From the IMG/VR virus record IMGVR_UViG_3300040770_000132: 64,000 nt of DNA. The stretch is one strand, 5' to 3'. This DNA comes from a virus. Positions 46,378-56,122 of this stretch are shown in pieces (within the stretch, counting starts at the first letter, position 1; every line of letters begins with the position of its first letter). Below the pieces are notes generated by a model. It ran no database searches and had not been told where the DNA came from. It saw nothing but the letters and a program-made list of their open reading frames with translations. Made by a program: the position numbers and the translations under genes.

Positions 46378-47007
46378 TTATTTTGTAATGTTCAATATTC
46401 TAAACACATAAGTAGCTTGAATTGTCTTATTCGAACCAAACCCTCCTAATATAATATCTCCTCGTTTATTTTGAATTCCAGCATTAACAAAGTATTCAGG
46501 TTTAATATCTATTAAGTTAACATTTAAACCTCCACCTGCGTATGCTGCAAATGTAGTCCTTTTGATTATAACTGGTAAATCAACTTTAATATCTTTACTT
46601 TTATAAGTTAAGTCTAATAAGTTTAAAGTTCCAGTAGTTTCAGCGTTAACTGTGATATCAATTTTTTCGTCTGAAAAAGTTTTAGTGTATGTATTAGTTT
46701 GCACTGAGTTTACATATAAGCTTAGCTTTGTAATACTATCGTTAGCTTTTAAATAATCTTCTACTAACTTTTTATCTACAGGTCTGTCAACTTTAACAAT
46801 CTTATCTTTATATACAATACTATCTAAATATACAGTATCGATAACATTAGGTATAGGTTTAACTTTATCAAATTTACCTTTTATAATAGGTAAGCTTGTA
46901 GATTGAACTTTTTGTTTAGAGTTATTATAACAACTTCTCTGTACGAAGATTACTCCTAGTAATAAAACTATTATTACAAGCTTTATATTATTTTTTATTA
47001 TTTCCAT
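46378..47007 (-). CDS. N-terminally membrane-anchored, beta-rich protein (lysis accessory or envelope protein?)
   Basis: ORF of 209 aa with hydrophobic IKLVIIVLLLGVIFV followed by Cys. The C-terminal half has an alternating beta-strand-like pattern. Confidence 0.4.
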   Translation of the reverse strand: MEIIKNNIKLVIIVLLLGVIFVQRSCYNNSKQKVQSTSLPIIKGKFDKVKPIPNVIDTVYLDSIVYKDKIVKVDRPVDKKLVEDYLKANDSITKLSLYVNSVQTNTYTKTFSDEKIDITVNAETTGTLNLLDLTYKSKDIKVDLPVIIKRTTFAAYAGGGLNVNLIDIKPEYFVNAGIQNKRGDIILGGFGSNKTIQATYVFRILNITK

Positions 47008-47013
47008 AATTGA

Positions 47014-47601
47014 CTATATTAATGACTCTTTGAATAACTTATAATAGATAGCTATCAACTCAGCTTTGTCTGTACCATTTATAATTCTACGAGCACTTAT
47101 TGGATTTTCAGTAGTATTATTAAAATACATTTCTAAACACTTACCAGTAAAGTCACCTACTGAAGATGACCCTTTAGTCATACCTTCGAATAGTATTTTA
47201 GTAGATATTTTTAAATCTAAAGCTAGTTCAGGCTTATTAAGTAAGTCTACGTTTAATAACCGCCCTAAAAGTTGATAATTTTCATACCAAGTTAATTGTA
47301 CAAAACCTCTACCATAGTATAACTTGTTAGGAGTTGTATACGGCACCTTAGAATGCTTTATTTTTTTACCGTAAGGTCTAGTTCCACCTTTACCGTATTC
47401 TTCGATTGGCTGCATTGTTTTGGCTGTTTCGTGCCATACTGTTGCTAGCATATAAGCTAGCCAACGAGTATCTTTATATTTTATAGCGTCCCATTCATTT
47501 ATAATAGCCTCAAACCCCTCAACTTGAAGTTGAGAGAGTTTGGTGAAATTAGAACGAACTTTCTTATAAAAATTAGCTTTGTTTATCATTTTCAATATCA
47601 T
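47014..47601 (-). CDS. GH19 (chitinase-like) family endolysin
   Basis: WHETAKTMQPIEEYG ... YYGRGFVQLTWYENY matches the GH19 lysozyme-like core. Confidence 0.65.
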   Translation of the reverse strand: MILKMINKANFYKKVRSNFTKLSQLQVEGFEAIINEWDAIKYKDTRWLAYMLATVWHETAKTMQPIEEYGKGGTRPYGKKIKHSKVPYTTPNKLYYGRGFVQLTWYENYQLLGRLLNVDLLNKPELALDLKISTKILFEGMTKGSSSVGDFTGKCLEMYFNNTTENPISARRIINGTDKAELIAIYYKLFKESLI

Positions 47602-47776
47602 TTAGATTAAATCTATCGCAATTTACGATAAACTGTGTTTTTAATTTGCAAAGTTTTTTAAGTGTCTTTTCAGATTTAGCTAATGAATTCTCTAATTGAG
47701 CTCTAGTATGTTGGATTTCAGATATCATCTCATCAAAAACATTGTTGTCTATACATACTAATGTCTCTGAGCTCAT
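47573..47776 (-). CDS. Small coiled-coil protein in the lysis cassette
   Basis: ORF of 67 aa with no TM segment. It overlaps the endolysin start. Confidence 0.35.
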   Translation of the reverse strand: MSSETLVCIDNNVFDEMISEIQHTRAQLENSLAKSEKTLKKLCKLKTQFIVNCDRFNLNDIENDKQS

Positions 47777-48057
47777 TATTTATGCTTGTTTAATGCAATC
47801 ATATTGTTAACAAATTCATTTTGAAAGTTATTAACTTTAATCAATGCTTCATTATTAGCTTTTAATTCAGCTACAAATTCTTTATTTAAGCTTTCAAACT
47901 TTTCCATATAGGTTTTTGAAAGGTCTTGGTTTGTTTTAAATAGATATCTAATAACAAGCCCGAAAGATATTGCTATTGCTATTAATACGCCAGCGATAGT
48001 AGCATCTGTTGTTGAAAGCACACTATGTAGGTCATTAGTTGTTTGGAGTCCAATCAT
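47776..48057 (-). CDS. Single-TM plus coiled-coil protein (holin or i-spanin-like)
   Basis: TM segment IAGVLIAIAISFGLVI followed by a heptad-like C-terminal region. Confidence 0.45.
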   Translation of the reverse strand: MIGLQTTNDLHSVLSTTDATIAGVLIAIAISFGLVIRYLFKTNQDLSKTYMEKFESLNKEFVAELKANNEALIKVNNFQNEFVNNMIALNKHK

Positions 48058-48084
48058 TTTAGTTTTTATTTTATTGTAAATATA

Positions 48085-48342
48085 TTATTCTTCGTTTATA
48101 GGTGCTTGTTTATTTATGAATTTTTTAGAAGCTTCTGATAGTCCCATTAGTAATCCTTCAAAAACTAGTAAGCTATCAAATACACTAATTGCATATCTAT
48201 TAACTTCTTTTTCTAAAATTTTATCACTAATTACTATAAAAGTTCCTAACATTAATATAAAAACAAATGTTGTTAAAATAGTTAAACTTTTTCTAGACCA
48301 TTTTCCATTTGTTTTTAAAGTGTCATTTATTATTTTTTTCAT
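48085..48342 (-). CDS. Two-TM holin-like protein
   Basis: ORF of 85 aa with LTILTTFVFILMLGTFIVI and VFDSLLVFEGLLMGL. Confidence 0.45.
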   Translation of the reverse strand: MKKIINDTLKTNGKWSRKSLTILTTFVFILMLGTFIVISDKILEKEVNRYAISVFDSLLVFEGLLMGLSEASKKFINKQAPINEE

Positions 48343-48352
48343 ATTATTTGTT

Positions 48353-48889
48353 TTAATTTCGTGAAATTCCTTGAATATTTAAAGAAGAATATTGTATTGA
48401 TGTGCTACCTAAAACAGAGTTTGAAAGCCTTGCCATTATACGAAATCCGTTCACTTTTAATGCGTCACCAATATACAAAGAACTTTTATAAGTTTTGTTA
48501 TTTACTGCAGTATTAAAAAGCGTAACATCATACACATCTGTAAAACCTCCGTTATTTTCATAAGGGAAATTTAAATCAACTCCTGCACTTATTCCGTTTG
48601 GTATTGAAAACCTTAATTGCATTGTCGCTTTCGTGCTTATAATTGTGCTTAGTGTTGTAAATTCAAACTCTAAGTTAAAATTATGCGGATAATTTTCGTT
48701 ATAAGTAAACAAATTTGTTACGGGGTCGTAATGAAACATAAATTTACCTGTTACAGGGTCTTTACCGAAGGTATTAATAGTTTTATTTGCTTCTGTAGCA
48801 TCAAAAACAATTGGTTGAAATGTTGTTGTAAGTACTAAAGGTGTATTTTTGCTTACAATTAAACGAGGGTCTGCTGATGACTGTGACAT
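48353..48889 (-). CDS. Structural/tail-associated protein, unknown function
   Basis: ORF of 178 aa immediately downstream of the tailspike gene. Confidence 0.4.
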   Translation of the reverse strand: MSQSSADPRLIVSKNTPLVLTTTFQPIVFDATEANKTINTFGKDPVTGKFMFHYDPVTNLFTYNENYPHNFNLEFEFTTLSTIISTKATMQLRFSIPNGISAGVDLNFPYENNGGFTDVYDVTLFNTAVNNKTYKSSLYIGDALKVNGFRIMARLSNSVLGSTSIQYSSLNIQGISRN

Positions 48890-48892
48890 AAA

Positions 48893-51800
48893 TTAAAAAA
48901 TTATATATTGTGTTAAATTTGCCCCTATAGTTGCTTTACCATATTGTCCACTTATAATTAATGTACTTGCACCATCTATATTGACAGCGCCCACACCTGT
49001 AACTGTTACGCTATTTGCTGAACTGTCTGTCTTTTTAACGGTTACTTTATAGCCTTGTAAAGCAGTAAAAGTTGGTAATGTAATGGTAATATTACCACTT
49101 GTAGCGTTTACACTTAAAACCAATTCATTGTTGTTTACAAACTCCGAAATTGTTACAGTTTTATTTACTACTATTGTTTGGTTGGTGTATAGTGTTTGCG
49201 CTTTTACAAAAGCAGTAGTAGCAATTTGAGTTGTATTCGTTCCTGCTGTGGCTGTTGGGGCTGTTGGTGTTCCCGTGAGTGATGCTGAACCTATAAAATT
49301 TGTTGCCTTAATATTACCGTTAACTTCTAATTTTTCTGTTGGATTTGAAGTACCTATACCAATATTACCAACTGGAGAAATACGCATTTTTTCACTTATA
49401 TCAGACCCATTACCAGTTATAAATGACAAATCAATTTCATTGTTACCACCGTTAGTTGATCTAATTGCAGAATACCTAGTACTATTAGATGCAGAAGGTC
49501 CAAATCTTAATTCAGAGCTAGACCCTAATGCCGTATTAGGATTAACTATAGCCATTACACCACCTAACCCAGCAGAAACAGATTTTGAAATTTCTAACTG
49601 AGTAAATGGAGCAGTTGTTCCTATACCTACATTACCACTACCTGTAATTTGCATTCTTTCTAAAGCATTAGTGAAAAACGAAATGGGTTTTAAAGCTGAA
49701 TTAAACATAAACATTTTACCATCATCATATTGCCCAAAAAGACCTGATTCACCAGCAGTTACGTTTGGACCACCTTTTACAGCTACATGAGCAAAAGAAG
49801 TTGCTGTTGTATTTTCTACTCTTATACCAGCTGTACCTCCACCATTATTTATAACTTTAAAATTTCTACTAGTACCATTGAGTAACACATTACCTGCGCC
49901 ATCATCAGTCATGCTTCCATTACCTTGAGTATTTGCCCCCGTCCATCTTGTAGATGTATTTACCGTTCCCGTTCCTGTGATTGGGTTTGTAATAATGTTT
50001 TGTTTTAAATCCAACTGCGACTTAACTACAACTTGATTTGATAGTGTTGCTGGACTTGCTGAAATTGTATTGCTTGCTACTATTTCTCCATTACCTGCTA
50101 CTGAAATTAAGTTACTTGTATTTGCATTATTTCTGACTCTAAAAGCAATGTCTGTAGATAAATCACCTTGCGACCTTACATCTAGCCTTGCACCTGCGGT
50201 TGTAGCACCAATAACTAAAGATGTATTTCCACCTGTTAAATCAATTCTTATTTTTTCGCTTAAAGCACTGTCAGAAAAACTAAAAATATTAGCAGTGTTG
50301 TAAAATCTTGTTGCTAAAGTTGAAAATATATTTGTACTTGAATTTGTCGCAAAAAGTCTTAAATGTTGAATATTATCGGGGCTTTGGATTTGTATATTTC
50401 TACCTCCATTCACTACCATTTGTGCTGAACTAAAATTGTACATAATTGCCGAAGCACTAGGATTAGCAGTACCGTTATAAATAGCCATTCCATTTGTACC
50501 CGTCAAACCCTCATCTGCATTAATACGCACTTGGTTTGTTCCATAACTATTAAATGAACTCGCTCCGCCACTATTGGCAGTAAGAAAATGATAAGACAAT
50601 GTACTGTCAAATGCTATAAATCCATTTTGGGCGTTAAAACCTAATAAATTTGTTCTAACTCCTAAATTGTTTTGAAATTCAAAGTATCTTCTTTGATTAG
50701 TTGTGTTTCCTGCTTTTACCGTGATTGCTTGTCTAAAATCCTCATCTAAATTGTTTTCAATTATTAAGGCTCTTTTTTCACCTGTACCAGAAGCATTTAT
50801 TTGCAAAGTACCTGTCATAGTATCTCCTGAAAGTGAAACTTTTGTCGATAAACCTGCATCCAACTGCGACTTAACTACAACTTGATTCGATAGCGTTGCT
50901 GGTGATGCTGAGACTGTACCGTTTATCTGTAGTTTATCTATTGTGTTATCGGCTGTGCTATTTATAGAAACGTTTTTAGTGACGTAATTGACGGTTATAG
51001 GATTGGATAAATTATTCTCTAGATTGTCAATAATAATATTGTTTGTACCCGTAGATAAATTTTCAATTAATTCAATCCCTTTTGAAAAATTACCTGTAAT
51101 TAGATTATTATCCGCTGTATTACCTAGATAGTCTAAAAGCCTAATCGGTCTGCCTGTAACAGCCCAAAATCTATTCCCTGAAACGACACTTCCCTTACCC
51201 CCCGTTAATCTTAAACCGTGTACTGCTGTTGCTAAAAATTCATTACCTATAATTGAAGATCCATATTGAGAGTCGGTATTAGCGTTTCTTAATTCTAATG
51301 GTTGACCGTGATTTACTTTGTTATTTGTAAATGAAAGTTTACCGCCATTTATAGTAGCATCGTTTTGAGAAAATACACCAGAATTTAATAGAACATTATT
51401 ATTAATGGTATTATTAGCTGCGTTTATTAAACGAACCGCTGAAAGGTCGTGAAATCTACAATTTACGATAATTGAATACTCGGTTTGAGTATCAAAAAAA
51501 ACACCTACAGCCGTTAAACCTGCATTTCTAAATATAGAGTTAGATATTAATATACCCTCAGCTTTTGTGAGGTCATTGTCTATATTGTCGGTTTTTATAG
51601 CGTAACTATTGAACTCTGTAAATTCACAGTTGTTTACCCCTACATTTTTTATCCTACTACCCACTATAAAAACTCCTGTATTTCCACTTATTACGTGTGT
51701 TTTATTGTGCTTAAAAGTTATTGCTTCAAAAAATATTTTTGAATTAGCCACAGAAACAGTACCACTAATATTAAATAATGGGTTTGTTGCCGAATTTAAA

Positions 51801-52609
51801 AAAAAGTTTGTTACACCAATCCCATCCCCTATAATTCTGCGGTCTGATGGTACAACCACATTATTAAAGTTGTAAGTTCCTCTAGGAAAGTATAAAATTC
51901 CGTTTGAATTTATTGCATTCTGTATAGCTGCTGAATCATCTGTAATCCCATCGCCTACAACGCCTAAAGATTTTACATTTACATAAATTAAATTTTTATT
52001 AACTGCGTCAACTGTAGGGTATTTAATTCCTGTTCCGTCTGCTGCTAAACTGTTTTGTTTGTTTGAAATATCTTCTTTTAAGTTTAAAGCCGTTTGTTGT
52101 GCAGTAGATATAGGTTTGTTTATATCACTAGTATCATTTACATTCGACAATCCAACATCTACTTTACTTAAATCAATATTACCAATACCTTCTAAAGATT
52201 GCCCTTCAATAGTTTTTAAAGGTCTTTTAGATTGTATGGTAGCAGTTGTCTCATCTCCAGTGTTAGTTCCACTAGATGTTCCACTACCTGTTACTTTTGT
52301 TGCTAATCCATCAACTAATGCTTTAGTGTTAGTGTAAGTTGTTATACTAGATGTAGTAAATGAACTAGATTTATTTACTAAATCCTCTTTACCACTTATA
52401 TCAGTAATTAAAGTTACATTTCCTGAACCTAATAAACTGCTACCATTTATAGTTTTTATATTAACTCCAGAAACTAAAGCTTCTTGAGCGTTGTCAAGTT
52501 TATTCTTTTCAAGTTGAGTTAAATGAATAAAGTTACCTTCATTCAAACCTTCAGTATTGTTATGAACAATAGTATTAGTGTTTGATAATTTAGTTATTAT
52601 TTTAGCCAT
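48893..52609 (-). CDS. Tailspike / tail fibre with a pectate-lyase-type right-handed beta-helix (depolymerase candidate)
   Basis: VGDGITDDSAAIQNAINSNGILYFPRGTY (nt 51875-51961) is the classic N-cap motif of pectate_lyase_3-type tailspikes. It also has the fibre motifs IKTINGSSLLGSGN and a duplicated SASPATLSNQVVVKSQLD. Confidence 0.7.
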   Translation of the reverse strand: MAKIITKLSNTNTIVHNNTEGLNEGNFIHLTQLEKNKLDNAQEALVSGVNIKTINGSSLLGSGNVTLITDISGKEDLVNKSSSFTTSSITTYTNTKALVDGLATKVTGSGTSSGTNTGDETTATIQSKRPLKTIEGQSLEGIGNIDLSKVDVGLSNVNDTSDINKPISTAQQTALNLKEDISNKQNSLAADGTGIKYPTVDAVNKNLIYVNVKSLGVVGDGITDDSAAIQNAINSNGILYFPRGTYNFNNVVVPSDRRIIGDGIGVTNFFLNSATNPLFNISGTVSVANSKIFFEAITFKHNKTHVISGNTGVFIVGSRIKNVGVNNCEFTEFNSYAIKTDNIDNDLTKAEGILISNSIFRNAGLTAVGVFFDTQTEYSIIVNCRFHDLSAVRLINAANNTINNNVLLNSGVFSQNDATINGGKLSFTNNKVNHGQPLELRNANTDSQYGSSIIGNEFLATAVHGLRLTGGKGSVVSGNRFWAVTGRPIRLLDYLGNTADNNLITGNFSKGIELIENLSTGTNNIIIDNLENNLSNPITVNYVTKNVSINSTADNTIDKLQINGTVSASPATLSNQVVVKSQLDAGLSTKVSLSGDTMTGTLQINASGTGEKRALIIENNLDEDFRQAITVKAGNTTNQRRYFEFQNNLGVRTNLLGFNAQNGFIAFDSTLSYHFLTANSGGASSFNSYGTNQVRINADEGLTGTNGMAIYNGTANPSASAIMYNFSSAQMVVNGGRNIQIQSPDNIQHLRLFATNSSTNIFSTLATRFYNTANIFSFSDSALSEKIRIDLTGGNTSLVIGATTAGARLDVRSQGDLSTDIAFRVRNNANTSNLISVAGNGEIVASNTISASPATLSNQVVVKSQLDLKQNIITNPITGTGTVNTSTRWTGANTQGNGSMTDDGAGNVLLNGTSRNFKVINNGGGTAGIRVENTTATSFAHVAVKGGPNVTAGESGLFGQYDDGKMFMFNSALKPISFFTNALERMQITGSGNVGIGTTAPFTQLEISKSVSAGLGGVMAIVNPNTALGSSSELRFGPSASNSTRYSAIRSTNGGNNEIDLSFITGNGSDISEKMRISPVGNIGIGTSNPTEKLEVNGNIKATNFIGSASLTGTPTAPTATAGTNTTQIATTAFVKAQTLYTNQTIVVNKTVTISEFVNNNELVLSVNATSGNITITLPTFTALQGYKVTVKKTDSSANSVTVTGVGAVNIDGASTLIISGQYGKATIGANLTQYIIF
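50011..50064 (-). repeat. Copy 1 of a ~54-nt intragenic repeat in the tailspike gene
   Basis: Near-identical to 50859-50912, with a few mismatches. It encodes ASPATLSNQVVVKSQLD. Confidence 0.8.
50859..50912 (-). repeat. Copy 2 of the ~54-nt intragenic repeat in the tailspike gene
   Basis: See the feature at 50011-50064. Confidence 0.8.
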
Positions 52610-52998
52610 TATATAGTTTCTTTTATATATTCTACTAATACTCTTGAACCAGCTTTTACCGTAAAAGTAAAAGATGTTTGATTTAAGGTAGTTACTTCAA
52701 TATTTTGAGTTAATCCTGCAGGAAATGTAAACGTGTTGTATACTATACTTCCAGTTAAAACTATTAAAGTTATTGAATGAAATGTGTTTACAGGGTAAGT
52801 TACGATTTGATCTATAGTAGGTTCATAAACATCTGAGATAACAGTATTATAATTAGGTCCCCCATTTTGACAAATGTTAACAGCTGATACTAACTCAACT
52901 AATTTTCTTAAATCTTCATTTTTTATTTTATTACAATCTTTAAATGAAATTAAAAGTTCATTTATAGTTTGAGATATTTCATTACATTCTATTATCAT
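52609..52998 (-). CDS. Hypothetical structural-module protein
   Basis: ORF of 129 aa whose stop overlaps the tailspike start. Confidence 0.4.
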   Translation of the reverse strand: MIIECNEISQTINELLISFKDCNKIKNEDLRKLVELVSAVNICQNGGPNYNTVISDVYEPTIDQIVTYPVNTFHSITLIVLTGSIVYNTFTFPAGLTQNIEVTTLNQTSFTFTVKAGSRVLVEYIKETI

Positions 52999-53045
52999 AT
53001 TTATATATTTTATAAGTAATATTATTAAATTTAGTTAAATATATA

Positions 53046-53360
53046 TTATAAGCATAACGTATCCAAGGTAATTACACCCGTGTCACTTATTAAAACTGAA
53101 TGTATATTTATTAAAGATACTTTGTAGTATTGATTTCCACCAACTACTGGAATTGTTCCAAGCTCATTGGTGTAAGCTATATCTCCAGAATTAATTGCAC
53201 CATTTATAGATGTATCAAAGTAGCAAATAGTGTCTAACAGTTCTGAACATACTATTCCAGAAGTTGCTCTAGAAATAGAACTTATTGATCCTGATTCTAA
53301 AACAGCTCCCGAAAAAGTTTCAAAACTATTAGAGTATATATTTTTTTGAAAACTATTCAT
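53046..53360 (-). CDS. Hypothetical structural-module protein
   Basis: ORF of 104 aa. Confidence 0.4.
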   Translation of the reverse strand: MNSFQKNIYSNSFETFSGAVLESGSISSISRATSGIVCSELLDTICYFDTSINGAINSGDIAYTNELGTIPVVGGNQYYKVSLINIHSVLISDTGVITLDTLCL

Positions 53361-53362
53361 AT

Positions 53363-54394
53363 TTAAATTTTTGTATTACCTCCTAAAAAGTAATTATTAG
53401 TATTTAACTCTTGACTTAAATAAGTTTGATAAAATTGACCTTTAATTTTTAAACCTATAGGGTTATTAATCGTTGTTCCTGAAGATACATATGACACATC
53501 TCCTGCACCTTTTTGAGTAAACCCTACACCAATTTTAGATGTTAATCCACTAGGTACAGTAATAGTTATGGCTGTTGCACCATTATTAATTATAATTTCA
53601 TAATTATTATCTAAATTAATTAAAGTATAATTTGTACCTACAAAGTCTGCAGGGTATGTAATCACTTTTTGAAGATTATTTATATTAAATGTTGTTCCAG
53701 ATAAAAGTAAACCTTCTCCGGCAGAATATGTAGTGTTTGTATCTGTAGCGTTTATAACATAAGGTGTTGATATAGTTCCATCCCCTGAGATTGTTATATT
53801 CGTTCCAGCATTAACCTTAGTTTCAGAACCATTTACATTTATGACCGGATTGAGCGGATCATTATTATTTACAGCTGTTCCTGTTATTGATGCTACCCCT
53901 GTTGAAATTGCAATGTTTCCTAAACCTATTATAGAGCTTCCATTAATGGTTTTAAAAGTAGGTTTATTCAAAATTTGACTAATTCCGCTTACAGAATTCC
54001 AATCTGAATTTACTTGTGCAGTTATTGCAGGTTTGTTTAGTATTTGACTTAATCCACTTGTTGAGTTCCAATCTGAATTTACTTGAGATGAGTTGAACAC
54101 TTTATAAAAGTTATAAGTTTGGTTTGAATAGTTTATTCCAAAAGTGATTATATTAGCAGGATATGTAAAATCTTGAGTTAATAAACCAATACCTTCTGTA
54201 GAAGGTTTCCACTCCCATCTAGTACCTTCTTGTACACAATATATAATCATACCTTTTACATATGTAAAAGCTAAGTTATTACTTACACCTAAATTAGATA
54301 ACGAATTTTCACTAGCTATCCAGTTTTTAACATCTAAAGGTATTTGGGACTGAACTCTTAATCCAGCTAATAAGTTATTATAATCTTGTGGCAT
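53363..54394 (-). CDS. Tail fibre protein
   Basis: Tandem QVNSDWNS-SG-SQILNKP repeats, then FKTINGSSIIGLGN, which is shared with the tailspike N-terminus. Confidence 0.55.
   Translation of the reverse strand: MPQDYNNLLAGLRVQSQIPLDVKNWIASENSLSNLGVSNNLAFTYVKGMIIYCVQEGTRWEWKPSTEGIGLLTQDFTYPANIITFGINYSNQTYNFYKVFNSSQVNSDWNSTSGLSQILNKPAITAQVNSDWNSVSGISQILNKPTFKTINGSSIIGLGNIAISTGVASITGTAVNNNDPLNPVINVNGSETKVNAGTNITISGDGTISTPYVINATDTNTTYSAGEGLLLSGTTFNINNLQKVITYPADFVGTNYTLINLDNNYEIIINNGATAITITVPSGLTSKIGVGFTQKGAGDVSYVSSGTTINNPIGLKIKGQFYQTYLSQELNTNNYFLGGNTKI
53960..54085 (-). repeat. Two tandem ~57-nt units (period 69 nt) inside the tail fibre gene
   Basis: 53960-54016 and 54029-54085 are similar. They encode two 23-aa repeats. 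Confidence 0.75.
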
Positions 54395-54405
54395 ATGTTT
54401 GATAA

Positions 54406-55041
54406 TTAAATTTTATTTTTAAATAATTTTAAAAGGCGTTTTTCCTCTATTTCAAATCTTTCACCAATTTCTTCATGTTTATTTGAATTAAGATTAGATA
54501 ACCCTGCTTTTAATTGCCCTGTTAAAAATGGTAATGTTAACGCAATTTTCGTATTTTCTAGTTGTGACATAGAGCTTAAGACAACGTCCCAATTACCTCC
54601 AGATGGATAGCTTAATAACTTTTCATATAACGAATTAAATATTACAACTAATTGACTATTATGTGCAGAGTTAATACTAATTAAATTACCACTTAACTTT
54701 TCATTATTATGAGTTACTTTAGAACAACCTGTAAATATAGCTTTAACATTATTGTTTTTAACTTTTTCAATTATATTTAATAATTCTTCTTTACAATTAT
54801 TATTGTTAAAAATGCAATCGTCTTCCATTATTATAACATACTCTGAATTTTTGTTATTTTTTATTATTTCTTTTACTGTTTCCCATAAATTAATTGAATT
54901 ATGACTTTTTTTAGGAGAGTCTCCCATATACAATTTATATTCTATTTTTAATTGACTAAGCTTAGGTAAAAGTATTTTTCTCCTTAAGGTTCCTATTTTG
55001 TCATCAGTACTTATTAAATTTACTTGCATAAAACTGTCCAC
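54406..55041 (-). CDS. Glycosyltransferase family 25-like protein
   Basis: VNLISTDDKIGTLRRKILLPKL at the N-terminus, SHNSINLW, and YVIIMEDDCIF. This matches the GT25 (LPS glycosyltransferase) pattern as I recall it. Confidence 0.45.
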   Translation of the reverse strand: MDSFMQVNLISTDDKIGTLRRKILLPKLSQLKIEYKLYMGDSPKKSHNSINLWETVKEIIKNNKNSEYVIIMEDDCIFNNNNCKEELLNIIEKVKNNNVKAIFTGCSKVTHNNEKLSGNLISINSAHNSQLVVIFNSLYEKLLSYPSGGNWDVVLSSMSQLENTKIALTLPFLTGQLKAGLSNLNSNKHEEIGERFEIEEKRLLKLFKNKI

Positions 55042-55415
55042 TTAAGGTTGTTTAATCCTATTTTAGGAACTTTAGGATAATAATCATAATTTTGATAGCT
55101 TATTGTAATATTTGTGCTATCTGCAAATGCAAAAAATAACAAAGGGTAGTGATTAAATCCATCAAAAAAACTTAAAGTATCCATTGTATTTCCTGTTGCC
55201 AAAACCATAGTTGGAGTATAACTTAAGCCATGAGGGAAAATAAAAATAGGTGTTACCTCATCCCCACTAGATGTAACTAATAATAATTTACCGTTATCGT
55301 TAACTTCTAACACTTCATCTATAATCGTGCCAACTATAGTTGGAGTAACAGAATTAGCGGCAGTTGCATTTGTAATCTCTGCAAGAATTCTCGCTTTTGT
55401 TGTTGATTTTGACAT
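55020..55415 (-). CDS. Hypothetical structural-module protein
   Basis: ORF of 131 aa. Confidence 0.4.
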   Translation of the reverse strand: MSKSTTKARILAEITNATAANSVTPTIVGTIIDEVLEVNDNGKLLLVTSSGDEVTPIFIFPHGLSYTPTMVLATGNTMDTLSFFDGFNHYPLLFFAFADSTNITISYQNYDYYPKVPKIGLNNLKWTVLCK

Positions 55416-55416
55416 A

Positions 55417-56121
55417 TTATGTAAATTGACTTGTAAATTGATTTGTAAAAATTCCAGATAATGTTAAAGCTGTTGTTGATTTTGTTAATTTAACAAAAAC
55501 ATCACCATAACTATAAATGTTATTGGATGTAAATAGTATAGTCTTATTTTCAAAATAAGTCCTAGTAAAACTTTCTGTAATATCATTATTTAAAATATCA
55601 TATATTTTATAATTATCATTACTTAAAGAGTTTGTTATAGCAAAAGATATTATACCTATACTAGTGTAATTAATTGTTTTACCAATGTTAAAATTAGCTA
55701 TGGTATCAGAAGTTTTAGTTTGAATATAACCTGATGCATTTACATTTGCTATTATGTCATTTCTTACTATAGTAGTATTAGGTTCTTGCCAATAGTAAAC
55801 TTTCTGTGAATCACCAGTATTATTACAATCTGAGCATTCTGCTTGAGTGAATTTAGATTTTAATAAAACTTTATCTTGATTTAATATAATTGATTTACAA
55901 GTATATTTAGAAGTGTTTAATATAGTGTTATATAAAGATATTAAAGAACGTCTTTGTAAATGGTTAATAGATGTTGAACACCCACTTAATAATTTATAAA
56001 TTCCGTCTAAAATATATATATCACCAGAATTTAAAATTCCAGTAACTCTAGATTGATTATAAATTTTATCTAACGATCCTATTACTACTGCTGTATGGGT
56101 TTTTTCATTTATATTTGTCAT
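55417..56121 (-). CDS. Hypothetical structural-module protein
   Basis: ORF of 234 aa. Confidence 0.4.
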   Translation of the reverse strand: MTNINEKTHTAVVIGSLDKIYNQSRVTGILNSGDIYILDGIYKLLSGCSTSINHLQRRSLISLYNTILNTSKYTCKSIILNQDKVLLKSKFTQAECSDCNNTGDSQKVYYWQEPNTTIVRNDIIANVNASGYIQTKTSDTIANFNIGKTINYTSIGIISFAITNSLSNDNYKIYDILNNDITESFTRTYFENKTILFTSNNIYSYGDVFVKLTKSTTALTLSGIFTNQFTSQFT

Positions 56122-56122
56122 A

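Noticed and set aside
49248-52337. Several plus-strand ORFs antisense to the tailspike gene (49248-49601, 50070-50303, 50703-50885, 51609-51875, 52059-52337).
   Set aside because: The repetitive Gly/Asn/Thr coding on the sense strand creates open antisense frames. Nothing supports their expression.
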